A DNA stretch of 63,498 nt, the filler included. It is 5 parts of 5 records of this genome, joined end to end, with 100 filler letters (N's around TTAATTAATTAA, not from the genome) between each part and the next. Parts side by side here need not be neighbours in the genome. Positions count along the whole stretch, not along the records: positions 34,337 to 60,005 come from SRR20825010_5815; 4 more parts are not named here. One strand, 5' to 3'. The first letter of the stretch is position 1, and each line of letters begins with the position of its first letter. A program made the translations under genes and the position numbers. The notes under the pieces are model-generated. The model was not told the DNA's origin and ran no database searches. It worked only from the letters and a program-made list of their open reading frames with translations. Below, in pieces: positions 42,030-51,479 of the stretch.

Positions 42030-43504
42030 GGCGTGGCTCCCAACAATCCCGCAGCCGCGGCGGCGGCCAAATCGGCGGAGTAAGTGGTCCAAACACCAAA
42101 CACGAATGTTCCTGCTAAGACGACGTAGGTTGGGATCAACATGCCCAGCGGAGCCTCCTTGGCCTGCAGTACCTTGGCGGTCGGTTCACTGAAGTACAGC
42201 GTTTCGACCACTCGCCAGACGTAGACAACCGCCAGCAAGGAACTCAATAGCATCAGCACGGCGACCGGCCACATTCCCTTTTCCATTGCCGCGGTGAGCA
42301 GCAACCATTTGCTGATGAAGCCCGCCGTCACGGGAACACCGATCAAAGCCAGCCCACCGATCGCCCAACCGAGCGAAGTCCAAGGCATCGTTTTTCCGGC
42401 GCCTTTCCAGTCGTCTAGTTTGACGCTGCCCAATCGCAACGCGAAGCAACCGACGATCATGAACAAGCCGCCTTTGATCAACGCGTGATTGAACATGTGC
42501 ACGATGCCGGCGGTCAGTCCACCTGGCGTCGACATGCTGATTCCCAAAATCATGTATCCGATCTGAGCGACGCTGGAATAGGCCAGCAATCGTTTCACGT
42601 TGGCTTGATAGATTGCCGCGGTCGAAGCGACAAATATGCCGACCAACGCCAAAATGGTCAGCTCGGTATCCAGCGGCAGGTAGTCGAAGGCGAATCCCGG
42701 TGTGATGATTCCGAAGATCACACGAATGAACGCGTACACCGAAACCTTCGTTGCCGTCGCCGCGATGAAGCAAGTCACCACCGACGGCGCGTATGTGTAT
42801 GCGTTGGGCAGCCAAGTGTGCAGCGGGAACACCGCCATCTTCACACACAATCCGATGACCAAAAAACCGAAGGCGACCAGAACGGTGCGAGGCCCGTTTT
42901 CGTGGGGAACTCGAGCAGCGATGTCGGCCATGTTGAGCGTGCCGGTCATCTGATACAGCAGTCCGATACCAATCAGGATGAATGTGGCACCGATGCTGCC
43001 AATGATCAGGTACTGGAACGCGGCCAATGGTGCCCTGCGTGTTTGGCCGAGACTGATCAGTGCGTAAGACGATAGCGACGAGATTTCAAGAAACACGAAG
43101 ACGTTGAAAAGGTCACCCGTCACGCACATGCCCATCAATCCGGTCAGGCACAACAGATACGTCGCGTAGAACAGATAGTGCTTCGACCGAGCGATTTCGT
43201 CGTCAACGGATTTGGGGGCGTAGACCAGAACGATCGCACCGATTCCCGACACGAACATCATCACAAAGGATGACAACGAATCGACCAGGTATTCGATGCC
43301 GTACGGCGGAGCCCAGCCACCCAGGTTGTACCGAATGACTCCGGTTTGGCTGACTTGCGCGACCAACGCGATCGAAATGGCAAACGTGATCCAGGAGACC
43401 ACCAACGCGAGCGTGTACGCGGCGGTCCGCTGATGCACGATCACGCACAGTGGAGCCGCGACCAACGGCAACACGATCAATAGGATTGGAAGATGTTCCG
43501 TCAA
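42026..43504 (-). CDS. mrpD: Mrp antiporter-like subunit D, paralog 1
   Basis: GGWAPPYGI, DLFNVFVFLEI, KMAVFPLHTWLP, GFISKW. Confidence 0.92.
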   Translation of the reverse strand: MTEHLPILLIVLPLVAAPLCVIVHQRTAAYTLALVVSWITFAISIALVAQVSQTGVIRYNLGGWAPPYGIEYLVDSLSSFVMMFVSGIGAIVLVYAPKSVDDEIARSKHYLFYATYLLCLTGLMGMCVTGDLFNVFVFLEISSLSSYALISLGQTRRAPLAAFQYLIIGSIGATFILIGIGLLYQMTGTLNMADIAARVPHENGPRTVLVAFGFLVIGLCVKMAVFPLHTWLPNAYTYAPSVVTCFIAATATKVSVYAFIRVIFGIITPGFAFDYLPLDTELTILALVGIFVASTAAIYQANVKRLLAYSSVAQIGYMILGISMSTPGGLTAGIVHMFNHALIKGGLFMIVGCFALRLGSVKLDDWKGAGKTMPWTSLGWAIGGLALIGVPVTAGFISKWLLLTAAMEKGMWPVAVLMLLSSLLAVVYVWRVVETLYFSEPTAKVLQAKEAPLGMLIPTYVVLAGTFVFGVWTTYSADLAAAAAAGLLGATP

Positions 43505-44100
43505 TTCACTGACTCCGAATCGGTGGGGGTGTCGGGGGAACTCCCGGCCAGTGAATGAGTGTCTGTATCAATCCATTGGTCCTCGTCGTCGTCATCTGGG
43601 AAGCCGTCGGCTCGATCGATTTCCAAAATTCGGTCTTCCTCGATCGTTCCGTAGTCTTCTCGAATGCGAACGACCAACGCGAGCGCCAATGCGGTGGTGG
43701 CGATGCCGACCACGATCGCCGTCAGCATCAAGACGCTGGGCAATGGGTTCGAATAAATGATGTCGGCACCAGGCAAATCAGCATGAGCGGCGTGCGATCC
43801 AACAATCTCTTCGGATACGGTTCCGAGAGCGTGGGTTGAGTGCTCGCCGTGTCCGGCATCGTGCATCACCTTGGCCTGAGCCGCGGCGACTTCGGGAGGA
43901 ATGATCGGCGCGGTTCCGCCGCGAACTTTGCCCATCGTGACGTAGAGCAAGAATACGGACGTTTGAAAGATGTTCAGGCCGATCACAGCTTTGATGAGGT
44001 TCCTTCGTGCCAACACGATGTAGAAACCGGTCATCATCAAAACGATCACGATCCAGTAGTTGTAGAGCCCCGCGGCTTGTTCCAAGGCTGGACTGTTCAT
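43501..44100 (-). CDS. mrpC: Mrp subunit C with His-rich insertion and acidic tail
   Basis: NLIK..IGL.I.Q, GGTAPI, NPLPSVLMLTAIVVG. Confidence 0.9.
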   Translation of the reverse strand: MNSPALEQAAGLYNYWIVIVLMMTGFYIVLARRNLIKAVIGLNIFQTSVFLLYVTMGKVRGGTAPIIPPEVAAAQAKVMHDAGHGEHSTHALGTVSEEIVGSHAAHADLPGADIIYSNPLPSVLMLTAIVVGIATTALALALVVRIREDYGTIEEDRILEIDRADGFPDDDDEDQWIDTDTHSLAGSSPDTPTDSESVN

Positions 44101-44534
44101 ACGAATCGACTCCGGCTGGCGAAGGCGTAAAAGATCATCGTCATCACCGAGGTCACCGTGATTCCCACGCCGACTTCCACCAGGAAGATCCCCAGGTGTT
44201 GTCCACCCGGCAAGTATTTGTGGTTGAAGGAGTGTTCCAGAACGTCGTAGTCCAAAAAGTTTCCGCCCAGCATCATCGTGGCGAAGCCGGTGCCGGCGTA
44301 AACCAAGACGCCGACCGCCATCAGCTTTTCGATCACGATGGGTGGAGCGACACGTTTGATCGCATCGAGCCCGAAGACCAGACCGTACAGGATCAGTGCC
44401 GAAGCAAAGATCACTCCCGCCTGGAAACCACCGCCCGGGCCGTAGTCACCGTGGAACTGAACATAAAACGCGAATAGCAAGATGTACGGGATCAGCAGCT
44501 TGGTGATCACGCGAATGATTGGGAACTTGATCAT
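44097..44534 (-). CDS. mrpB: Mrp subunit B
   Basis: HGDYGPGGGFQAG, EVGVGITV. Confidence 0.9.
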   Translation of the reverse strand: MIKFPIIRVITKLLIPYILLFAFYVQFHGDYGPGGGFQAGVIFASALILYGLVFGLDAIKRVAPPIVIEKLMAVGVLVYAGTGFATMMLGGNFLDYDVLEHSFNHKYLPGGQHLGIFLVEVGVGITVTSVMTMIFYAFASRSRFV

Positions 44535-45109
44535 GCGTTTGCCTTCCGTCGACGTCGTTTGGCTCGACTTGCGATCGCCGGACGTTCCATTTCATCTCGT
44601 CTGAGGATCAGCAACACGGCGATGCCGGCTGTCAACACAACCGTCGTTTCACCGAGAGTGTCGTAACCCCGGTAAGACGCCAGCAATGCAGTGACCACGT
44701 TGGGCAATCCATGCATGTCTTCGAGCGATCGCTCGACAAACGAAGGATCCGGATGCAGGTGCACGACCGCGTTGGGGTCGCCGTAGTGCGGCATGTCCAG
44801 CGTTCCGTAGATCAATGCACCGCCGGTGACCAAAACGACAAGCAGCGGCACAATCGGTGATCGTTTGGTTGGTTGCTCTTGTTCACCGGTCAGTGCCAAT
44901 GTGCTGAGCATCAGCACGGTCGAAATGCCCGCGCCAACCGCGGCTTCCGTGAACGCAACATCGGGTGCATCCAGGATCATCATCCACGATGCACTCAGAA
45001 AACTGTAAATGCCGGTGAACATCACCGCGGCCCACAACTGTCGCAATCTCGCGACTGTCACGGCGGTGAGTGCCAGCAACGCCAAAATGGCAAAGACGAC
45101 CCAATTCAT
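44531..45109 (-). CDS. DUF4040/MrpA C-terminal-like stand-alone subunit
   Basis: APDVAFTEAAVG and NVVTALLASYRGYDTLGE. Confidence 0.88.
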   Translation of the reverse strand: MNWVVFAILALLALTAVTVARLRQLWAAVMFTGIYSFLSASWMMILDAPDVAFTEAAVGAGISTVLMLSTLALTGEQEQPTKRSPIVPLLVVLVTGGALIYGTLDMPHYGDPNAVVHLHPDPSFVERSLEDMHGLPNVVTALLASYRGYDTLGETTVVLTAGIAVLLILRRDEMERPAIASRAKRRRRKANA

Positions 45110-45468
45110 GAGGCGTCTCCGTCACGCGGGCCGTATGGCGGGTTCATCATGGTGTTCGGTTTTGGTTTGACGTCGAGTTCTGGTTTGACACCGTGAATCA
45201 ACGCCGAGTGAGCCAACGCGTGGCATGAACTGGGGCTGGTGATGGTCAGGAAAAACAGAATTGCAATCAGCTTTGCCGCGACCAACGTGGGACCCGCCAA
45301 ACACAGCAGCCCGATCAAAATCAAACCAGCACCCATCGTGTCGGTGATGCCGCCACCGTGCATGCGCGAGAAGAACTCGGGCAACCGGATAATTCCAATT
45401 CCACCGACGATGGAAAAGAACGATCCTGCGATCAAGAAGAACCAGCTTGCGATTTCTAGTGCGATCAT
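45106..45468 (-). CDS. mrpG: Mrp subunit G
   Basis: GIIRLPEFFSRMH...DTMG, TSPSSCHAL. Confidence 0.9.
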   Translation of the reverse strand: MIALEIASWFFLIAGSFFSIVGGIGIIRLPEFFSRMHGGGITDTMGAGLILIGLLCLAGPTLVAAKLIAILFFLTITSPSSCHALAHSALIHGVKPELDVKPKPNTMMNPPYGPRDGDAS

Positions 45469-45481
45469 GAGTCACCTCTCA

Positions 45482-45910
45482 TCAGGCGGGTTCCTCACCA
45501 AAGCTGCGATACTGAGTGAATCGCAACAAAGCGACCATGCCGATGAAGTTCATCAGGCTGTAGAGCAATGCGAGATCAAGAAAGTCCGTCCGTGCGGTCA
45601 CGAAACTGACCACGCAAATGAACAGCACCGTTTTGGTGCCGAACATGTTGAGTGCGAGCACGCGGTCGAACACAGTTGGTCCGGCCATCGCGCGAATCAA
45701 GGCCAGTGTCATCGTGACCAAGACGGCCGCCGAAGTGGCCATCATCACGTGATGCGTTGCACTCAAGTTGAATGCGTGAGCGGAATAATTCAGCATGTTG
45801 TGCAGGTCGGCGGAGCTTGCGTGCCCACGCCCCGACGCCGTTTGGGCGACGTGACCGGCCGCTTCGCTGGCGGCGAACATCAATGGCATCGTGCAACAGG
45901 GAAACATCAC
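45482..45910 (-). CDS. mrpF: Mrp subunit F with N-terminal extension
   Basis: RAMAGPTVFDRVLA, DLALLYSLMNFIG; ATG overlaps the mrpE stop. Confidence 0.88.
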   Translation of the reverse strand: MMFPCCTMPLMFAASEAAGHVAQTASGRGHASSADLHNMLNYSAHAFNLSATHHVMMATSAAVLVTMTLALIRAMAGPTVFDRVLALNMFGTKTVLFICVVSFVTARTDFLDLALLYSLMNFIGMVALLRFTQYRSFGEEPA

Positions 45911-46389
45911 TTGGATTTCTCCAACCGGCAGATGCGTTCGTCCATCTCACCGGACATGTCTTCCTCGGTTTCTTCCAAATTCAAACCGTGGATCAAGATT
46001 TTTTCGCCTTCCATCTGAACCGACACGGTGCCGGGAGTCAGCGTGATGGAATTGGCCAGGATGACTCGTCCAAGTTCACACTTTTGATGCGACCGGATCG
46101 TGATCATGTTCCGTTTCAGCTTCATCTTGCGAGACAAGATGATCTTGGCAACGGCCAAGTTGCTTTCAACAATTTCCTTGGCCAACCAAGGTGCATAGAA
46201 CACAAACGGGCGGATGCCGAGTTGAGCCGGGGCACCTTCCTCGTCGACGATTTTCATTCGCAATGAGACGTAGAGGCTGACCAGCACCGACAACGCACCG
46301 AGTCCAAGAAGGAATGGGTTGTCAAAATGTCCTGACCAGACCAGCCAGGTCGCGATCAATGCGACAGTGAGCCAAAACGCGTATCTCAC
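45907..46389 (-). CDS. mrpE: Mrp subunit E (start GTG 46389 or 46440)
   Basis: EIVESNL.VA and LANSITLTPGT. Confidence 0.9.
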   Translation of the reverse strand: MRYAFWLTVALIATWLVWSGHFDNPFLLGLGALSVLVSLYVSLRMKIVDEEGAPAQLGIRPFVFYAPWLAKEIVESNLAVAKIILSRKMKLKRNMITIRSHQKCELGRVILANSITLTPGTVSVQMEGEKILIHGLNLEETEEDMSGEMDERICRLEKSK

Positions 46390-46646
46390 GAGAGGATCCG
46401 ATCCGTGGGGAGATGTGCAAAACGTAGACACGTTATCCACAAACTCGCGTTCGCAACAAGTGGGACCGGTGCGATAAATCGTTTTGATCGAACGATTTAT
46501 TTCGGAGGGCTCAGATGTCTACCAGCAACCGGCTGCGAGCTTCCGGCAGACAGCGTCGATAACGATCACTGAGCAATGGTTGCCTGGTTTAGCTGGCTTG
46601 CTCAGTTTGTTGTTTGAGTTGTTTGGCCAAACTGCAGGGAATGGCC

Positions 46647-47402
46647 TCAGGCAACGTTGCTTTGTTGCGCAGTGAAGGACTGTTTGGTCAGCGTCTTCAA
46701 TCTTGATGCACAAAGGCGAGCTCGTTGTACGTCGTCGCAGTCAAAGAAAAGGTTCGCGATGCGTTTGAGACAACATTGGCAGTGCACCTCTTCCAGGCGG
46801 TCTGGGATAACCGGGGTGAGAACCTTGATCGCGTCGGGTTTGCGTTCGAGTCGGATCAGCAACGACGCCAATCCGATTCGAAAGTGGACGTTGCGAGGAT
46901 CGAGCGCGATTGCGTGCCGGATCAACGACTCGCAGATCTCCGATGGATGCCCGCACTGCTGCGCGTAGTAACCCATCTGGTAGTGAACTTCGGGTTGCTC
47001 TGGATTCAAAATGCCTGCCTGCCGGCAAGCCTCCATTGCCAAGCGAGGTTCGTCGATCGCTTCCAGTCCGGCCGCGATCCGCAAAAGTTCCGCACTGGAA
47101 ACCTTGCCAGACGTTGCCACCGACATCAACAATTCTTTGGACAAAGTTTGTCGGCCAACTGATCCGTACGCGATCGCCAGTTCAATTTGGATGGCTCGCG
47201 AAAGTGGTTGAATCAGTGCGGCGCGTTCGAGTGCATCGATGCCTTCGTCGAATTCACAGAAACAGAGACTGGCCATTCCCAGCAATGTCAGGGCGTTGGC
47301 GTCGTCTGGATCTTGGGCCAAGGAGTATTGAGCAAACTGAATCGCGTGAGCGAAACGCCCCGCCTCAAATTCGAGGTGAGCGATGGAGAGTGATTCATTC
47401 AT
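46647..47402 (-). CDS. Cytoplasmic TPR-like protein with conserved cysteines, paralog B
   Basis: TPR-like helices (ALTLLG, AIALDPRNVHFRIGLA); CGH and CQCC; no signal peptide. Confidence 0.75.
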   Translation of the reverse strand: MNESLSIAHLEFEAGRFAHAIQFAQYSLAQDPDDANALTLLGMASLCFCEFDEGIDALERAALIQPLSRAIQIELAIAYGSVGRQTLSKELLMSVATSGKVSSAELLRIAAGLEAIDEPRLAMEACRQAGILNPEQPEVHYQMGYYAQQCGHPSEICESLIRHAIALDPRNVHFRIGLASLLIRLERKPDAIKVLTPVIPDRLEEVHCQCCLKRIANLFFDCDDVQRARLCASRLKTLTKQSFTAQQSNVA

Positions 47403-47409
47403 GTTGGAA

Positions 47410-48192
47410 TTACAACGTTGGTTTGGCAGAGTGGATCGGCTTGGCGGCACGTTCAGCCCGCAAAGCGTTGGATCGTTCATGACAGGCGATCGCTAAATCG
47501 GTGTGGTTGTGGCGGGTTAATAAGTCGGCGATTCGTTGCAGACAACTAAAGCATGTTGCTGTTCGGATTTGATCCACCTCGAAGGAGAGTGCGACTTGGA
47601 GGGCTTCGCCGTCGCGTTGCAGTTGGATCAGCAATGAAACCAGCCCGACTCGGTAGTGGACGTTGCCGGTATCCAGTGCCAGTGCACGTCGAGTCAGAGC
47701 TTCGCTGATGTACAACGCGTGACCGCAATGGGCTGAGTAAACACCCATGTCGTAGTAAGCTTGAGCGACCGAGTCGTCCCGCTCCGTGATCCACTCGCAA
47801 ACCTTCATTGCGAGCTGAGGTGAATCGATCGCCGATAAACCGCCGGCGACCTTCAGCATCAAATCCGCATCCAATCGGCGGCTGAGAGCGAGTTCCAAAT
47901 ACAATTCGCGGGCCAAGTCGATTCGACGCAGTTGTGCGTAGCACGATGCCAACGTGATTCGGGCTTCGTCCGGGATCGGACCAAGCAAGCTGGCCTTCTC
48001 GATTGCGTCTGCGGCTTCGACCGCGCGACCGCGATCATGAAGTGCCAACCCGAGCAATACCGCGGGTTCGATGTCTTCGTGCGACTGCGAAAGAATGTCA
48101 TCAGCGGCGAGAAGCTGGATGACTCGATCAGCATCGCTGCTTGCGTGAGCGTGCCAAGCGAGATCGAGAGTTTCTTGATTGATTTTTGCCAT
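47410..48192 (-). CDS. Cytoplasmic TPR-like protein with conserved cysteines, paralog A
   Basis: Colinear with paralog B; CGH and CFSC. Confidence 0.75.
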   Translation of the reverse strand: MAKINQETLDLAWHAHASSDADRVIQLLAADDILSQSHEDIEPAVLLGLALHDRGRAVEAADAIEKASLLGPIPDEARITLASCYAQLRRIDLARELYLELALSRRLDADLMLKVAGGLSAIDSPQLAMKVCEWITERDDSVAQAYYDMGVYSAHCGHALYISEALTRRALALDTGNVHYRVGLVSLLIQLQRDGEALQVALSFEVDQIRTATCFSCLQRIADLLTRHNHTDLAIACHERSNALRAERAAKPIHSAKPTL

Positions 48193-48444
48193 GGGGCCAA
48201 CCTTGATGACGGATTACGTGCCTCAAAATGTTCGAGGCAAACAGGTCATGGCTGGCTGGCATCAAGGCGATTGGATCGCGAATGTCGGGGTGCGACATGC
48301 GACTTACAACCGCCAAGCGTTGCTCGCTGGCTATCGAAAACCAGCTGCTTGTTGCGACTGGTTCTCAGCATGGTAGCGGATCGTCGATTTGCGTCAACAT
48401 CGCTTGCGAAAAAGAATCTTCAGATGGCAATGCCGCAGAAGACG

Positions 48445-49839
48445 CTACTTCGCGCCGATTGCGTACAGTTTGTCGCCACGACGAATCAGCAATCGATCGC
48501 CGGCTGGTGCACCGGCATAAAGTACGTTTCCACCGCCAAAACCAGGCGTTTTTTCTCCGTCGCCGCCTTCGGGCCAGCACCGGTTTTCGGAGATCTCTTT
48601 GCCATCGGCGAGTGAGATCACGCTGGTCGTTCCCTTGTATCCAAACAGGTACAGGTTGCCGCCCGCGACCAACGGAGTCGCCCAGAGGCCGCCCGCATCC
48701 GTCCGTTTCGCGGAGACTTGTTCGCCGGTTTCCAAATCCAATCGATAGAGGACTCCGGTTCGATTGACGATTGCGGCGGTGTCACCCGCGACGACAGGGC
48801 TTCCGAATGTGCAGGTTGCCTTTTTGGCCTGCCATAAAAATTTCGCTTGGAACTTGCCATCGTCGCCTCGGCTGATTTCGACTAATCCGTTGCTAGCCGC
48901 CGACGCGCCAGCGTTTGTCTCGCCACGGCCGTCGGATGCTCCGATCAGGAAGCGTCCTTTGCTGACGATCGTTGGCGTGTTGGATGTGTTGTTGGAAAGC
49001 TCAGTGAATTCCCAAAGACGTTCGCCCGTGATTGGATCCAAGCCAACCAGCTTGCCACTGGCGCTGCACACAAGTTGTTGTCCATCTTCAACAGGTACCA
49101 ATCGCGGTGACGCCCACGATGTCGCACCCAATCCATCGGCTTTCCAAATGTCTTCGCCGGTCGTTGGATTGACGGCCAAAACATAGGGAGCTTCTTCGCG
49201 TTCAACCCACACAAAAACGTGCGCCGAGTCCGCTTCCAAGGATGCGGATAAACCATGTCGAGCGGTGATGGGACCGAACTCGGCGACCAAGTCACGTTTC
49301 CACTGTGTTTCGCCCGAAGGTGTGATCGCCAGTAACACACCACCTTCAAAAAATGCGACAAAGCCAGTGTCGGTTGCGACTGCGCTGGGCGCAGCGCGGC
49401 TGACCATGGGAGAGTTCTTGAACGGCGATGGGTTGGCGACGTCGACTTGCCAATTCAGCTTGCCGGTATCAACTGCGAAGGACGACACGTGGTATTCGTC
49501 TTTGTTCTCGCCACTGGTTGATGTCACGACAATTTGGTCGTGAGCGACGATCGGAGTCGATTGGCCGTACCCTTCGATGTCCGCTGTCCAAGCGATGTTT
49601 TGCTCGGGTGACCACTCCGTTGGTAAAGCGATGTCGATCGATGATCGTCCGCCGTTCTGAAACTTGGGCCATTGGCCTTCGGCCGCCGATGCGAGCGGCA
49701 TACCGGTCAACAGCAAGTACGCCGCGACCAGGATGGGCACGCCATGTGGAAAGCAAGTGAAGCGATATTTTGGTGAGCGTCGAAGTGAAGGCACGAGGAG
49801 CGTCCTGGATGTGAGTGGTTTGAGTCGGTCTCTTTTCAC
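48445..49839 (-). CDS. PQQ-like/BamB-like beta-propeller protein (planctomycete type); start uncertain
   Basis: WPKFQ, LPTEWS...NIAW, GQSTPIV, SWASP and TG...W repeats. Confidence 0.85.
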   Translation of the reverse strand: MKRDRLKPLTSRTLLVPSLRRSPKYRFTCFPHGVPILVAAYLLLTGMPLASAAEGQWPKFQNGGRSSIDIALPTEWSPEQNIAWTADIEGYGQSTPIVAHDQIVVTSTSGENKDEYHVSSFAVDTGKLNWQVDVANPSPFKNSPMVSRAAPSAVATDTGFVAFFEGGVLLAITPSGETQWKRDLVAEFGPITARHGLSASLEADSAHVFVWVEREEAPYVLAVNPTTGEDIWKADGLGATSWASPRLVPVEDGQQLVCSASGKLVGLDPITGERLWEFTELSNNTSNTPTIVSKGRFLIGASDGRGETNAGASAASNGLVEISRGDDGKFQAKFLWQAKKATCTFGSPVVAGDTAAIVNRTGVLYRLDLETGEQVSAKRTDAGGLWATPLVAGGNLYLFGYKGTTSVISLADGKEISENRCWPEGGDGEKTPGFGGGNVLYAGAPAGDRLLIRRGDKLYAIGAK

Positions 49840-50148
49840 TCTGACCCAGCGGCAGATCCTTTGCCAACCCGCCCTCCGATTTTGTTACCGAGCTTGGAAT
49901 GCATGTTCACCTACGGCTCAACCAGGCCGATGGAGATTGCGATCGGACCAGTCAAAGCTCTTGCGACATTCGGTTGAAAGCATCTCGTAAATGTGACTTC
50001 ACGTGTGACTCGCGAATTGCGGCATCAATGTGTTCTGTTAGGATAGGCAATGCCTATAGATTCTGTCTCGCTTGTCATGTTGGTAATGATTTGCGTCAGG
50101 CGGTTGTCGTTTTGCGACAATGTGTTCGGCCTTGGAGAAATCACGCCA

Positions 50149-51366
50149 GTGACTCATATCAATCGACCCCGAATTGCTTTGCTGGTGGAGGTCTCTCGGG
50201 CCTATGGTCGCGAGCTTCTACGGGGCATCGCGCTTTATGCGAGGACGAAGGGCGATTGGTCGTTGCTGCATGAAGAGATGACGATCGATTCGGTGGTGCC
50301 CGATTGGATCTCTCGAACACGCGTCGACGGCGTGATCGCACGACTGGATCACCACAGCATCGATCCACTTAGAAGGTTGCGTGTCCCGATCGTGGATGTT
50401 CGTGGCAACCGAAAGTTTCCAGGCGTGCCCCAAGTCGAAGCGGACAACGAACAAGTCGCCGAGATGGCGTTCGAGCACCTTTGGGAGCGAGGCTTTCGAC
50501 GCTTTGCGTTTTGCGGCTTTCGATTCGCGACCTATTCTGACGCAAGGTTGATCGCGTTTCGCAAATTGGTCGAGAAGGCAGGTTGTCCATTCACCGAGCA
50601 TCAATCGCCGGGTGCTCCTGGAATCACGTTGAGAGAACTCGAGCGAGCCGGCGTGGTCGAGCAAGAGGCTCTGGTCGAATGGTTGTCGACTTTGGAACGG
50701 CCAACCGGATTGTTTGTCTGCAACGACATTCGCGGACAACAGGTTCTCAACGCTTGTCGGTTTGCAAACATCGCTGTGCCCGATGATGTGGGTGTGATCG
50801 GAGTCGATGATGACGACACGATTTGCTCGATTTGTGATCCATCGCTCTCAAGCGTGCGACCAAATGCGGAATTGGCGGGATACCGAGCCGCCGAGATTTT
50901 GCAGCAAATGCTCAACGGTTGGGTGCCAGACAAAGAAGTCGAACGTATTCCGCCGATTTCGGTGACGGAGCGATTGTCGACCAAGGTCGTCGCGGTCGAA
51001 GACGCTGAACTGGCGCGAGTGTGTCGCTTCATTCGCCAGAACGCTTGCAACGGAATCAACGTCGGTGACGTGGTGGAGTTCACTTCACTGTCACGTCGAC
51101 AACTCGAGCGACGTTTTCGCGACGTGCTGGGGCACACGCCGCATCATCAAATCACGATGACGCAATTGGAACGCGTTCGCCAGTTGCTGACGGAAACCGA
51201 CATGACGTTGGAACAGATCGCTCCTCTGGCAGGCTACAGTCACAAGGAGAGTCTCGGGGCGGTCTTCAAGCGTGAGACCGGCCAGTCGCCGGGCGAGTAC
51301 CGGACGGAACAACAAAAGAAGGGCAAGGGTGCTCGCGAAGAGTTGGGCGAATCCGAATCGAATTAA
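50149..51366 (+). CDS. XylR-type regulator (PBP-like sensor plus AraC HTH)
   Basis: YGRELLRGI, VPDDVGVIGVDDD, LSRRQLERRF, FKRETGQSPGEYR; GGAGA RBS. Confidence 0.9.
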   Translation: MTHINRPRIALLVEVSRAYGRELLRGIALYARTKGDWSLLHEEMTIDSVVPDWISRTRVDGVIARLDHHSIDPLRRLRVPIVDVRGNRKFPGVPQVEADNEQVAEMAFEHLWERGFRRFAFCGFRFATYSDARLIAFRKLVEKAGCPFTEHQSPGAPGITLRELERAGVVEQEALVEWLSTLERPTGLFVCNDIRGQQVLNACRFANIAVPDDVGVIGVDDDDTICSICDPSLSSVRPNAELAGYRAAEILQQMLNGWVPDKEVERIPPISVTERLSTKVVAVEDAELARVCRFIRQNACNGINVGDVVEFTSLSRRQLERRFRDVLGHTPHHQITMTQLERVRQLLTETDMTLEQIAPLAGYSHKESLGAVFKRETGQSPGEYRTEQQKKGKGAREELGESESN

Positions 51367-51479
51367 ACTTCGGGCGAAGGATCAGACGTTGCGATGCCGG
51401 CTGAATGTTCTCGGCGAGCAAACAAAGAAGTCTGCAAAGAACAGCATAGAATTCAAACCAATCGATCGAGTGAATACGA

